Part shown: positions 21,444-32,901 of the stretch, piece by piece | Layout: each line of letters starts with the position of its first letter | Position numbering within the stretch: position 1 is the stretch's first letter | NCBI RefSeq assembly: GCF_016026235.1 | Contig: NZ_CP065613.1 | Strand: one strand, 5' to 3' | Source: Escherichia coli | GTDB lineage: Bacteria > Pseudomonadota > Gammaproteobacteria > Enterobacterales > Enterobacteriaceae | DNA: 64,000 nt | The notes under the pieces: model-generated | Database searches by the model: none | What the model was told of the DNA's origin: nothing | The model's input: the letters and a program-made list of their open reading frames with translations, nothing else | Translations under genes and position numbers: made by a program

Positions 21444-22715
21444 ATGCAGCACAACACACTACCGAAACACGATCAGAAATTGCCGTTTACACGCTACGAC
21501 TTCGGCTGGGTTTTATTATGCATAGGCATGGCGATTGGTGCCGGAACCGTGCTGATGCCAGTACAAATTGGCTTGAAGGGAATTTGGGTATTTATTACCG
21601 CAGCGATCATTGCTTATCCTGCCACCTGGGTAGTGCAGGACATTTATTTAAAAACCCTTTCTGAAAGCGATTCCTGTAATGACTACACCGATATTATCAG
21701 TCATTACCTGGGGAAGAACTGGGGAATTTTCCTCGGGGTTATCTACTTTTTGATGATTATCCACGGGATTTTTATCTACTCTCTCTCCGTGGTTTTCGAC
21801 AGCGCCTCGTACCTGAAAACCTTCGGTTTAACCGATGCCGATCTTTCACAATCTCTACTTTATAAAGTCGCCATTTTCGCCGTACTGGTGGCGATTGCGT
21901 CTGGTGGTGAACGATTACTGTTTAAGATTTCTGGGCCAATGGTGGTGGTCAAAGTAGGGATTATTGTCGTGTTCGGTTTTGCGATGATCCCGCACTGGAA
22001 TTTCGCCAATATAACCGCCTTCCCGCAAGCCTCCGTCTTTTTCCGCGATGTCCTGCTTACCATTCCATTTTGCTTCTTTTCTGCGGTATTTATTCAGGTA
22101 CTTAACCCAATGAATATTGCCTATCGTAAACGGGAAGCAGATAAAGTACTGGCAACCCGGCTCGCGCTGCGTACCCACCGAATTAGTTATATCACGCTCA
22201 TCGCGGTGATACTGTTTTTTGCCTTTTCGTTTACCTTCTCAATTAGCCACGAAAAAGCCGTTTCTGCCTTTGAACAAAATATCTCGGCACTGGCACTGGC
22301 CGCGCAGGTGATCCCTGGACATATCATTCATATCACCTCTACGGTGCTGAATATCTTTGCCGTACTGACCGCATTCTTTGGCATTTATCTCGGTTTCCAC
22401 GAGGCCATTAAAGGCATTATTCTCAATCTGTTAAGCCGAATTATTGATACCAAGAAAATTAACTCACGCATGCTGACTCTGGCGATCTGCACTTTTATCG
22501 TCATTACGTTGACGATTTGGGTTTCGTTTCGTGTATCGGTGCTGGTGTTCTTTCAGTTGGGAAGCCCGTTATATGGCATTGTGTCGTGCCTCATTCCGTT
22601 TTTCCTGATCTATAAAGTCGCACAACTGGAAAAACTTCGCGGATTTAAAGCCTGGCTGATTCTGCTTTACGGCATTTTGCTATGCTTGTCGCCACTGTTG
22701 AAGCTGATTGAGTAA
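21444..22715 (+). CDS. yhjV: Predicted amino-acid/serine-type inner-membrane transporter
   Basis: ORF track gives 444 aa; trimmed to the [11 protein letters not shown] start (ATG verified at 21444) gives 423 aa, matching E. coli YhjV. Multi-pass hydrophobic protein. Confidence 0.88.
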   Translation: MQHNTLPKHDQKLPFTRYDFGWVLLCIGMAIGAGTVLMPVQIGLKGIWVFITAAIIAYPATWVVQDIYLKTLSESDSCNDYTDIISHYLGKNWGIFLGVIYFLMIIHGIFIYSLSVVFDSASYLKTFGLTDADLSQSLLYKVAIFAVLVAIASGGERLLFKISGPMVVVKVGIIVVFGFAMIPHWNFANITAFPQASVFFRDVLLTIPFCFFSAVFIQVLNPMNIAYRKREADKVLATRLALRTHRISYITLIAVILFFAFSFTFSISHEKAVSAFEQNISALALAAQVIPGHIIHITSTVLNIFAVLTAFFGIYLGFHEAIKGIILNLLSRIIDTKKINSRMLTLAICTFIVITLTIWVSFRVSVLVFFQLGSPLYGIVSCLIPFFLIYKVAQLEKLRGFKAWLILLYGILLCLSPLLKLIE

Positions 22716-22744
22716 ACCGGAGCGCATGGCCCCGGTTTTGTGAG

Positions 22745-23745
22745 TTAACGCTGCGGATTTTCATCCTGATCAACAGCAAAACAAGCTACCAGTTGACCGC
22801 CGTAGTCTTTTAGCTGCGGCTGCAACTGGGTGCAGGGGCCGAAGCGCCGACGACAGCGGGCGTTAAACGCGCAGCCCGGCGGTGGATTCAGCGGGCTTGG
22901 TAGTTCACCGGTGAGTTTGATGCGCTCGCGGCGATCGTCCGGGTTCAGGCGTGGTGTAGCGGAAAGTAGCGCCTGAGTGTACGGATGACGCGGGTTATTG
23001 AAGATTTGGTCTTTCATTCCCTTCTCCACGCAGCGGCCCAGGTACATCACCATCACGTCATCGGCAATGTGCTCCACCACCGACAGGTCGTGGGAGATAA
23101 AGACATAAGAAAGCCCCAGTTCCTGCTGTAAATCCATCATCAGATTCAGCACCTGCGCACGCACTGAGACATCCAGCGCGGAAACCGGCTCATCGGCAAT
23201 CACCACATCCGGGTCGAGCATCAGACCTCGGGCAATGGCGATACGCTGACGCTGACCGCCGGAGAACATATGCGGATAGCGGTCATAGTGCTCGGTTTTC
23301 AGGCCGACTTTCGCCATCATCGACAGGGCTTTTTCCCGACGCTGTTCTTTGCTTAAGCTGGTGTTGATCAGCAGCGGCTCTTCAAGAATTTGCCCGACTT
23401 TTTTACGCGGATTCAGCGAACCGTAAGGGTTCTGGAAGACAATCTGGATTTTCTGCCGACGCAGCTTCTGCGCCTGCGGATCGTGCTTAAGCAGATCCTG
23501 CCCCTGGTAATACAGCTCGCCGCCGGTGGGCGTTTCAATCATCGTCAGCAACCGACCGAGGGTCGATTTACCGCAGCCAGATTCGCCCACTACCGCCAGC
23601 GTTTTGCCACGTTCAAGGTTAAACGAAACGCCATCCAGCGCTTTAACCAGACGTTCCGGCGCGAACATGCTTTTCTTCACCGGATAATGTTTTTTCAGGT
23701 CGATAGCCTGCAACAGCGGTTGTTGCGAGGTGGCCTCATGCGTAC

Positions 23746-23749
<4 letters not shown>
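22745..23749 (-). CDS. dppF: Dipeptide ABC transporter ATP-binding protein
   Basis: 334-aa ORF with Walker A (GESGCGKST), ABC signature (FSGGQRQR) and Walker B motifs; last gene of the dppABCDF operon. Confidence 0.93.
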
Positions 23750-24729
<980 letters not shown>

Positions 24730-24739
24730 CTCGAACCTC

Positions 24740-25642
24740 TTACTGCTTCAGTTTGGGATCGAGCGCGTCACGCAGACCGTCACCCATCAGGTTAAATGCC
24801 AGCACCGTCAGCAGGATCGCCAGACCAGGGAAGGTCACGACCCACCAGGCGCTTTGCGCGAACTGCAACACGTCAGAGAGCATGGTGCCCCACTCTGGTG
24901 TTGGCGGCTGCGCCCCCATGCCGAGGAAACCAAGAGCAGCCATATCGAGAATGGCGTTAGAGAAACCGAGCGACGCCTGAACAATCAGAGGCGCAAGGCA
25001 GTTCGGGAAGATGTTAATAAACATCTGACGCATCGCCCCGGCACCTGCCACGCGAGACGCGGTAACGTAATCGCGGTTAACTTCCACCAGCACGGCGGCG
25101 CGGGTTAAGCGCACATAGTGCGGCAAGGCAACAAAGGTCAGCGCCAGCGCGGCGTTACCAATCGACGGGCCGAAAATCGCCACCAGCACCAGTGCCAACA
25201 GCAGACTTGGCAGCGCCAGCATGATATCGACCACGCGCATGATGATGTTATCGACCAGGCCGCCAAAGTAACCGGCGATCAGGCCGAGAATAACGCCCAT
25301 AATCAGCGATAACACCACCACCAGACAGCCAACCAGCAGCGATAAACGCGCGCCGTACATCAGCCGCGACAGCACATCACGGCCTACGTCATCGGTGCCC
25401 AGCAAGTGCGCCATGCTGCCGCCTTCCTGCCAGGCGGGCGGGGCAAGCAGCGCATCGCGGAATTGTTCCGCCGGGTTATAGGGAGCAATCCAGTTGGCAA
25501 AGATCGCGATAAACAGCACGATGACGACGTAAACCAGCCCGACGACCGCGCCTTTGTTGCGTTTAAAATAGTGCCAGAACTCCTGTAACGGGGTCATCGG
25601 CACCGGTGCGCTAATCACTTTATTTTCAGTAACCTGTGACAT
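24740..25642 (-). CDS. dppC: Dipeptide ABC transporter permease
   Basis: 300-aa hydrophobic ORF; matches DppC. Confidence 0.92.
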   Translation of the reverse strand: MSQVTENKVISAPVPMTPLQEFWHYFKRNKGAVVGLVYVVIVLFIAIFANWIAPYNPAEQFRDALLAPPAWQEGGSMAHLLGTDDVGRDVLSRLMYGARLSLLVGCLVVVLSLIMGVILGLIAGYFGGLVDNIIMRVVDIMLALPSLLLALVLVAIFGPSIGNAALALTFVALPHYVRLTRAAVLVEVNRDYVTASRVAGAGAMRQMFINIFPNCLAPLIVQASLGFSNAILDMAALGFLGMGAQPPTPEWGTMLSDVLQFAQSAWWVVTFPGLAILLTVLAFNLMGDGLRDALDPKLKQ

Positions 25643-25651
25643 GATGTCCCC

Positions 25652-26671
25652 TTACTTCTTATGACGAATACGCGGGTTCACCACGCCGTACAGCAGATCG
25701 ACCAGCAGATTGACGAGGATAATCATCGTCGCCACCAGCAATACGCCGCCCTGCACTACCGGATAGTCGCGGCGTTGCAGTGCGTCAATCAACCAGCGCC
25801 CCAGACCGGGCCACGAGAAGATGGTTTCGGTCAGAATCGCCCCCGCCAGCAATGTTCCCACCTGGAGGCCGATAACGGTCACTACCGGCAGCATCGCGTT
25901 ACGCAGCGCATGGACGATAATCACCCGCATGCGGGTCAACCCTTTGGCGCGCGCGGTGCGGATGTAATCTTCACCCAGCACTTCCAGCATCGAGGAGCGT
26001 GTCATACGCACAATGACCGCCAGCGGAATAGTACCCAGCACAATGGCGGGCAAGATCATATGGGCGACGGCATCGATAAAGTTACCGTCTTCACCCCAGA
26101 TGGCGGTGTCGATCAGCATAAAACCGGTTAACGGATTGGAATCATCGAGGAACACCATATCGCTCACGCGACCGGAGACGGGTGTCAGGTTCCAGTGCAC
26201 CGAAACCAGCATGATCAGCATCATGCCCCACCAGAAGATAGGCATTGAATAACCTGTCAGCGCCAGGCCAACCGCTGTGTGATCGAAAATGGAACCGCGT
26301 TTAACCGCAGCCAGCACACCAACCGGAATACCGACTGCCGTAGCAAAAATCATCGCGCAGACGCCAAGTTCCAGCGTGGCCTGAAAGCGCGGCACGAACT
26401 CTTCCCATACTGGAATTCGGCTTTTCATTGAAATGCCTAGATCGCCATGCATAACGCCCCAAATGTAATGGAGATACTGCTGCCACATCGGTTTATCTAA
26501 GCCGAGTTCAGCCAGCAGCTGCGCGTGACGCTCTGGGGAGATCCCACGCTCGCCCGCCATGATCATCACCGGATCGCCCGGGATCATGTGGACAAAGGCA
26601 AATGTGAGAAGGGTAATACCGATAAACGTGGGGATGACGAGTCCCAAACGTCGGAGAATAAACTGCAACAT
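25652..26671 (-). CDS. dppB: Dipeptide ABC transporter permease
   Basis: ORF track gives 381 aa; trimmed to the MLQFILRRLG start (ATG verified at 26669-26671) gives 339 aa, matching DppB. Confidence 0.92.
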   Translation of the reverse strand: MLQFILRRLGLVIPTFIGITLLTFAFVHMIPGDPVMIMAGERGISPERHAQLLAELGLDKPMWQQYLHYIWGVMHGDLGISMKSRIPVWEEFVPRFQATLELGVCAMIFATAVGIPVGVLAAVKRGSIFDHTAVGLALTGYSMPIFWWGMMLIMLVSVHWNLTPVSGRVSDMVFLDDSNPLTGFMLIDTAIWGEDGNFIDAVAHMILPAIVLGTIPLAVIVRMTRSSMLEVLGEDYIRTARAKGLTRMRVIIVHALRNAMLPVVTVIGLQVGTLLAGAILTETIFSWPGLGRWLIDALQRRDYPVVQGGVLLVATMIILVNLLVDLLYGVVNPRIRHKK

Positions 26672-26821
26672 AACCCGGATTCTCTGTAGTGACCCGCAGC
26701 CTGGAACTGCGTGTCTGTATTGCTCACAAATCAATTCCCGCCCAGGTCGGGCAGGGAATGAAGTATTGCTGCCGGATGGCGCTGCACGCAGAGGCACAGC
26801 GCCACCGGGTATGGCTTTTAA

Positions 26822-28429
26822 TTATTCGATAGAGACGTTTTCGAAGTGATGTTTGCCTAATGGATCAACCACATAGCCTTTAACTTCTTTGCGTACCGGT
26901 TCAAACACGGTGGAGTGAGCGATGATCAGTGCCGGAGCCTGATCGTGCATCACCACCTGCGCTTGCTTGTACAGTTCAACGCGTTTGTTATGGTCGTCGG
27001 TAGCACGCGCCGGTTGAATCAGATCTTCAAACGGTTTGTAGCACCATTTTGAGTAGTTGGAGCCTTGTTCAGAGGCGGCGCAGCTGAACAGAGTGGCGAA
27101 GAAGTTATCCGGGTCCCCGTTATCGCCAGTCCAGCCCATCATTACCGTCTGGTGCTCGCCATCTTTCGCACGCTTGAGGTACTCACCCCATTCGTAGGTG
27201 ACAATTTTGGCCTGCACGCCGACTTTCGCCCAGTCAGCCTGAATCATCTCCGCCATGCGGCGAGCGTTCGGGTTATACGGACGTTGTACCGGCATCGCCC
27301 ACAGGTCGATGGAGAAACCTTTTTCCAGACCCGCTTCTTTCAGCAAGGCTTTCGCTTTTTCAGGATCGTAGGTGTAGTCCTGAACGTCGTCGTTATAGCC
27401 CCACATGGTTGGCGGGATCAGGTTTTTCGCTGATACGCCCGCGCCCTGATAAACCGCTTTGATGATCGCGTCTTTGTTCACCGCGTAGGTCAGAGCCTGG
27501 CGAACTTTCACGTCATCGAGTGGTTTTTTCTGCACGTTATACGAGAGATAACCGACGTTCAGCCCCGGCATTTCCATCAGATTGATGGATTTATCCTGCT
27601 TCATGCGAGCAATATCTGCCGGGTTCGGGTACGGCATCACCTGGCATTCATTCTTCTGCAATTTAGCGTAACGCACGGAAGCGTCAGGGGTAATAGAGAA
27701 GACCAGCGTATCGATCTGCGGTTTGGTGCCCCAGTAGCCATCAAACGCTTTGTAGCGGATACGGGAATCTTTTTGATACTGCTGTAACTGGAACGGACCG
27801 GTACCGATTGGGTTGAGGTCCAGTTTTTCCGGTGTACCAGCTTTCATCATCGCGTCAGCATATTCTTTTGACAGAATAGAGGCGAAGTCCATTGCCAGAT
27901 CAGCGAGGAACGGCGCTTCCGGTCGAGTCAGCACAAACTGAACGGTGTTGTCGTCCACCTTTTTCACTTCGCTGATCAGCTCTGGCAAGCCCATGCCTTC
28001 GAAGTATTCGTAGCTGCCGCCAGATACTTTATGGTACGGGTTTTGCGCGTTTTTCTGACGATCAAACGAGAACACCACGTCATCGGCGTTCATTTCGCGC
28101 GTCGGTTTGAATTCTTTATTGTCGTGCCACTTCACACCTTTACGCAGATGGAAGGTGTAGGTTTTACCGTCTTCGCTGACTTCCCACTTTTCAGCGAGGC
28201 CCGGGATCACTTCAGTGGTGCCGATTTTAAATTCAACCAGGCGGTTATAAAGCGGTACGGAAGAGGCGTCATAGGTGGTACCGGAGGTAAACAGCTGCGG
28301 GTTAAACCCTTCCGGAGATCCTTCTGAGCAATAAACCAGAGTTTTAGCCTGAACACTTGCTGCGACGGTCATAGCCACCAGGCTGAGACCAAGCTTCAGC
28401 ATCCCTGACTTTTTCAAGGAAATACGCAT
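26822..28429 (-). CDS. dppA: Periplasmic dipeptide-binding protein
   Basis: 535-aa ORF with a signal peptide (MRISLKKSGMLKLGLSLVAMTVAASVQA); matches DppA. Confidence 0.94.
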   Translation of the reverse strand: MRISLKKSGMLKLGLSLVAMTVAASVQAKTLVYCSEGSPEGFNPQLFTSGTTYDASSVPLYNRLVEFKIGTTEVIPGLAEKWEVSEDGKTYTFHLRKGVKWHDNKEFKPTREMNADDVVFSFDRQKNAQNPYHKVSGGSYEYFEGMGLPELISEVKKVDDNTVQFVLTRPEAPFLADLAMDFASILSKEYADAMMKAGTPEKLDLNPIGTGPFQLQQYQKDSRIRYKAFDGYWGTKPQIDTLVFSITPDASVRYAKLQKNECQVMPYPNPADIARMKQDKSINLMEMPGLNVGYLSYNVQKKPLDDVKVRQALTYAVNKDAIIKAVYQGAGVSAKNLIPPTMWGYNDDVQDYTYDPEKAKALLKEAGLEKGFSIDLWAMPVQRPYNPNARRMAEMIQADWAKVGVQAKIVTYEWGEYLKRAKDGEHQTVMMGWTGDNGDPDNFFATLFSCAASEQGSNYSKWCYKPFEDLIQPARATDDHNKRVELYKQAQVVMHDQAPALIIAHSTVFEPVRKEVKGYVVDPLGKHHFENVSIE

Positions 28430-29047
28430 TATTCTGCTCCAATTGTGATGTTTGTTGTTTTAACCCTTTGCAGTGGGTTGTCGCTGCCTGACCTTTTTTG
28501 TTTTTTGCCCGGTCGGGTCAACGTTATGAGGTGGGGATGCCGTACTAATTAACATCAGTGTAACAGTGCGGATCCTCCATAAAATGCCCCTCGTGACCTA
28601 CAATCTGTCAACAGAATGTGAAAACGTCAATACAGCCAACCGGGATTTACACCAACGGTGAGAATCCACAAACAAAGATTAAAAAAACTTCAAACAGCTA
28701 TTTGCAGCAGAGAAATTTGTGCTACTCCAACATGACCAGAACAATCAGCTTAATATTTAGCAACATTTGGTGATTAAGTTTTATGCATTTAATGAAAAAA
28801 ATCTGAGGAAAAGGTGGATATCTGAGCGATTAATACCATGAACGCTAAAACGCACAGCGGAAAATGCCAGCGCCAGCCATAAGTAACGCAAAAAAAGATT
28901 TAAGCAAATATAAAAAAAGACAATGGTTTCTGTCACAAATCCGTTAATGGATAGTGAGATATGGGGCGCAAATTTGGCAGGGAAATGTGTGGTGTGTAGG
29001 TCGAATAAGGCGGTCGCGCCGCATCCGACAATAAGTGCGGTGCCGTT

Positions 29048-29083
29048 GCCTGATGCGACGCTGACGCGTCTTATCAGGCCTAC
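29048..29083. repeat. REP (repetitive extragenic palindrome) element
   Basis: GCCTGATGCGACGCTGACGCGTCTTATCAGGCCTAC, a canonical enterobacterial REP palindrome. Confidence 0.7.
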
Positions 29084-29140
29084 GTCGAGTCGAACCTCCC
29101 TGCCCCCGGAGGTTCTCATCCTCATGGGTTGCAGAAAGCA

Positions 29141-29168
29141 AAAAACCAGCCCGTAGGCTGGTTTTTCT
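29141..29168 (-). terminator. Rho-independent terminator downstream of tRNA-Pro
   Basis: On the minus strand: hairpin CCAGCC-TACG-GGCTGG followed by TTTTT, immediately 3' of the tRNA. Confidence 0.65.
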
Positions 29169-29172
29169 AAAT

Positions 29173-29249
<77 letters not shown>

Positions 29250-29340
29250 AATGCGGGGCGCATCTTACTGCGCAGATACGCCCTCGTCAATCCCTTAATA
29301 GCAAAATGCCTTTTGATCGGCGAGAAAGTCAGCAGGCCTC

Positions 29341-31032
29341 TTAGTTAGCCGCTGCCTCTTTTGTCTGCGGGATGTGACACCAGTTGTTGTTTTCGTTAAT
29401 TCCACCATCCGGTGAAGTATAGCCAAGACAACCCATGATGGTGTCGTACAGCTCTACGTGACGGCGTGGCACTTTCATGTCGGCTGCTTTTTTCAGCTGC
29501 GCAAACGCCTGCGCATTGACCGGATTTTCCAGATATTTATCTGACATCCAGACCATCATCGGTACGCGGAACTGCTCCGGCGGTGCCAGTTCACGCGGCG
29601 TGCCGTGCAGGTGCTCGCGTTCATTAATTGACTCGCCGTGGTCAGCTGCGTAGAACACAATCGCTTTCTTATCGCGAACCTGATCAATCACACTGGAGAT
29701 AAAGTGATCCACATAGGTCACCGAGTTGTCATAGGAGTTGATCATCTGCGCTTTGGTACATCCGCTATCAACACCAATACATTCCGGCTTCCACTGCGCA
29801 AAGCTGCGCGGGTAACGCTGGGTGTAGTTAAAGTGCGAACCTTTGGTATGCAGAATGATCAGATGCTTACCATCCGGGTTGCGCCCCAGCGGTTGCTGCA
29901 TTTCGTCTACCAGCAACATATCATCTACCGGCTTGCCACGGTTACGTGGCTCCGCACCAATCTGTTCACGGTAAGCAATATTGTCCGCCATCGTATTGCT
30001 GTAGAACCACATTTCGCTCTGCATAGCGTAGAGGTCAGAACTGAATCCTAACTGCTTCAGTACCGCGAAAATGTTCTGTTCTTTTAATGTGCGCTGCGGA
30101 TTATCTTCCGCGCCCCCCTGACGTACAAACATGCAACGCAGAGAGAGTTTGGTTGCGGTATCACAGGAGTAACCACGGAACGCCGCCAGATTTTTCTCCT
30201 GGGCCAGCTTCGGCGTGGTATTACGCTCATAGCCGAAAATGCCCATATGGTCCCAACGCGTGGTTTCACCGATGATAAACACGACATAAGTGTCATTAAC
30301 ATTTTGCGGTGCCTGATAAGTGAATTTCTTCGCCGGGTTAAGCAATGAATTATTATCGGAAGATTCATCGACCCGCGCCCAGGCGTACAGCCCCAACGCA
30401 GAAAGCCAGTTTGATGGCAGATAAGAGTTCGCTACGACACCGCCATAACTCGGCAAATCAACGCCGGTCGCCCTCTCCACTTTCTTCTGCTGGATATCCA
30501 GCAAACGAATCGGTGCCCAAACCATAATTCCCGCCAGTACGACGACCGCCAGGCTGCGAATACGCTGCCCTGGGGTTCGCAGTTGTCGGAGCAAGGTGTA
30601 GCGACAGCGGTTATTCCAGATAAGGATAAGAGGCAATGCGCTAACGGCGATTAACCAGAGAATAAAGTTCAGACCAACAACTTCTTTTGACAGGTCGATA
30701 TCGGTGGTCATGACGGAAGCGATGATGCCATAACCAATGACCACATTAAGGAAGGTCATGTAATAGCTGGCACCTGCGGAAAAGAGCACAACCAGCGATG
30801 CCAGAATACGCCAGCTGCGGCGGCCAAACAGCGAAAGAAGACGTAGTAAAAAGAAGGTCACCAGTACGGTGGCGGCCAGTTCAACAACAGCAGAAATGCC
30901 TTTCCAGACGGTAAAATCGTGCGCATAGCTGCCGAAGCGGCGGTAAAAAACCGCGCCATTCATAAAAAGGCCAATATAGATTGCAAGCAAAAAGCTCAGC
31001 TTCTGCTGTGTAATCGATTTGATGTATCTCAT
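29341..31032 (-). CDS. eptB: Kdo2-lipid A phosphoethanolamine transferase
   Basis: ORF track gives 574 aa; trimmed to the MRYIKSITQQ start (ATG verified at 31030-31032) gives 563 aa, matching EptB (YhjW). N-terminal TM helices and a sulfatase-like C-terminal domain. Confidence 0.9.
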   Translation of the reverse strand: MRYIKSITQQKLSFLLAIYIGLFMNGAVFYRRFGSYAHDFTVWKGISAVVELAATVLVTFFLLRLLSLFGRRSWRILASLVVLFSAGASYYMTFLNVVIGYGIIASVMTTDIDLSKEVVGLNFILWLIAVSALPLILIWNNRCRYTLLRQLRTPGQRIRSLAVVVLAGIMVWAPIRLLDIQQKKVERATGVDLPSYGGVVANSYLPSNWLSALGLYAWARVDESSDNNSLLNPAKKFTYQAPQNVNDTYVVFIIGETTRWDHMGIFGYERNTTPKLAQEKNLAAFRGYSCDTATKLSLRCMFVRQGGAEDNPQRTLKEQNIFAVLKQLGFSSDLYAMQSEMWFYSNTMADNIAYREQIGAEPRNRGKPVDDMLLVDEMQQPLGRNPDGKHLIILHTKGSHFNYTQRYPRSFAQWKPECIGVDSGCTKAQMINSYDNSVTYVDHFISSVIDQVRDKKAIVFYAADHGESINEREHLHGTPRELAPPEQFRVPMMVWMSDKYLENPVNAQAFAQLKKAADMKVPRRHVELYDTIMGCLGYTSPDGGINENNNWCHIPQTKEAAAN

Positions 31033-31286
31033 GCAAACAAACCCTGGACAAACAGGTGATAACACCCTGCTTAGCGGCTTTTCAGGCCCAGCAGGGGAAA
31101 AGTGCGGAGGTAGTCAGATAAGTAAAATCTACACGCGCGAATAAGTAGACCACAGCAAAGGGAAAAAGTGTGGGGAAAGAGTGTGCATGAAGCACAAATT
31201 TACAAAAGTGCAAGTCCGGAATAGACCATTTTAACGGATTAACGACTATTCAGAGATAGGTTGGGCCAGGATGCTGGCCCAGTAGC

Positions 31287-31817
31287 TTACTCATAGGTGA
31301 TGGAAAAATTGACAAGGGCATTCGCTGTGCCACCAGTGGCCTGAGTGTTGACGACCACATAGCTCGCCTTGTAGTGAAGCGACGTGGTTTCGCCATCAAT
31401 CGCCCATTCAATCGGCGTTCCGCCGGAGCCTTTGGGAACTTGCTGCGTTCCTTTATCGTCCTCTATCTTCAACGCAACACCCGTTGCGCCACCAGCCTCA
31501 AGGGCGAACATGGAATCATCATCGCTGTCCGGCTGACTGTCCATCTCAACGGTCGCTTTGGAGATCCCATCGCAGTCTTTGAGTTCAAGAGTGAAATCTT
31601 TCTTACTCAACACCGTACCGACTGTGGCAGGTTTTGGCAGCATCATAGTGCCCATATCAACTTCGAGATCGCTTTTTTCAAGCTCACAGGCTTTCGTGGT
31701 GATGGTAATCGAGAAATGAATATCTCCTGCCGGGCCAAGATCCGTTGCCGCAATCACCCCGCAGGCAACCAGACTCAAACTGGCGATGCCAGTATGCAGC
31801 AATCGTTTGAATTTCAT
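31287..31817 (-). CDS. lpfE: Fimbrial minor subunit (LpfE-like), chaperone-usher pilus
   Basis: 176-aa ORF with a signal peptide and a C-terminal fimbrial-subunit-like motif (ALVNFSITYE); last gene of a five-gene fimbrial cluster whose sizes and order match lpfABCDE. Confidence 0.7.
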   Translation of the reverse strand: MKFKRLLHTGIASLSLVACGVIAATDLGPAGDIHFSITITTKACELEKSDLEVDMGTMMLPKPATVGTVLSKKDFTLELKDCDGISKATVEMDSQPDSDDDSMFALEAGGATGVALKIEDDKGTQQVPKGSGGTPIEWAIDGETTSLHYKASYVVVNTQATGGTANALVNFSITYE

Positions 31818-31821
31818 GGCC

Positions 31822-32901
31822 TCACTCCATTTCCAGATATATGGTCGTTACGCCTTCAAATGTCCCGGCTTTCGGTGCTTTACCCGTCGTGCTGATCGGT
31901 AAGGCCAGCAGTCGAATCGCGGCATTGCGGTGAGTCGCCGAATCCAGGCTGCTCAAATCTAATAACGTAGTGCTGTTTGCATCATTTGGTACCAGAATTT
32001 TGCCGCTGGAATCTTTCACCAGCACGCCAATATCGGGGTTGCCCATATCCACTGCCCTGGGGTCGTCAGCATTGGTTGCTCCCTCAAGGCGCAACGCAAC
32101 CTTGATACCATCAGAGATATTGTTGCAATCGAAGCTGAGGTTAATTTCTTGCTCTGTCGCACCTTCAGGCATTTGCCCTTGCCTGTTTTTAAACGCTGAG
32201 GAGGGAAATTCACCAAATGGCACATCCAGAACCGTGCCGGGTTTAATTTCGCAATCCTGGGTAATGGTGACGCGGCCCTGAATAGATACGGAAGATATGG
32301 GTATTGTTCCGTAATCTTTATTTGTTTTGGAGGCATACAGTTCGGCAATTAACGTGGGGGGAATGACTGAATCGCCGATAAAGGGTTTAGTAATCAAGAA
32401 AGAAAGTAATCCTCCTCCGCCCATATACGGAGTAGTGATGACTTTATTACAGCCCGTTACCTGAAGCGCCTGTTGACCTTTAAAGGGGACAAAACCATAT
32501 TGCCCCGAACTTACCTGAATTTTTGTAGATACAGACAGTTCCTCAGTTAAGTAATAATACTTAAAACCACCGATATCCTTGGTTATTGTTGCTATGCCGC
32601 TAACCCCTTGTATTAGAGTATCTTTTTCAGTTTTATAAGAATCAGGGCATTCACAAATTAGCGATACCTTTTGTCCATTCGACCAGTTCATTACATCCGT
32701 TAAAACCGTACCTGCGACGTTTTTACTTGCATCGGGAACACCAACATCCACATCGACATTATAGTGATAAGTCGTGCCATCCGCGGGGGTACACGGCCCC
32801 CAGGCATCTCCGGCAAATGCCTTACCAGAAAATCCGAATACGCATCCTAATAAAGATAATGCTATTGCCACATTCATTTCGCTCTCCTTGCTTACTGGCA
32901 A
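31822..32901 (-). CDS. lpfD: Fimbrial adhesin / tip subunit (LpfD-like)
   Basis: 359-aa ORF with a signal peptide (the true start may be the internal MNVAIALSLLG) and a C-terminal subunit motif (TTIYLEME). Confidence 0.65.
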   Translation of the reverse strand: MPVSKESEMNVAIALSLLGCVFGFSGKAFAGDAWGPCTPADGTTYHYNVDVDVGVPDASKNVAGTVLTDVMNWSNGQKVSLICECPDSYKTEKDTLIQGVSGIATITKDIGGFKYYYLTEELSVSTKIQVSSGQYGFVPFKGQQALQVTGCNKVITTPYMGGGGLLSFLITKPFIGDSVIPPTLIAELYASKTNKDYGTIPISSVSIQGRVTITQDCEIKPGTVLDVPFGEFPSSAFKNRQGQMPEGATEQEINLSFDCNNISDGIKVALRLEGATNADDPRAVDMGNPDIGVLVKDSSGKILVPNDANSTTLLDLSSLDSATHRNAAIRLLALPISTTGKAPKAGTFEGVTTIYLEME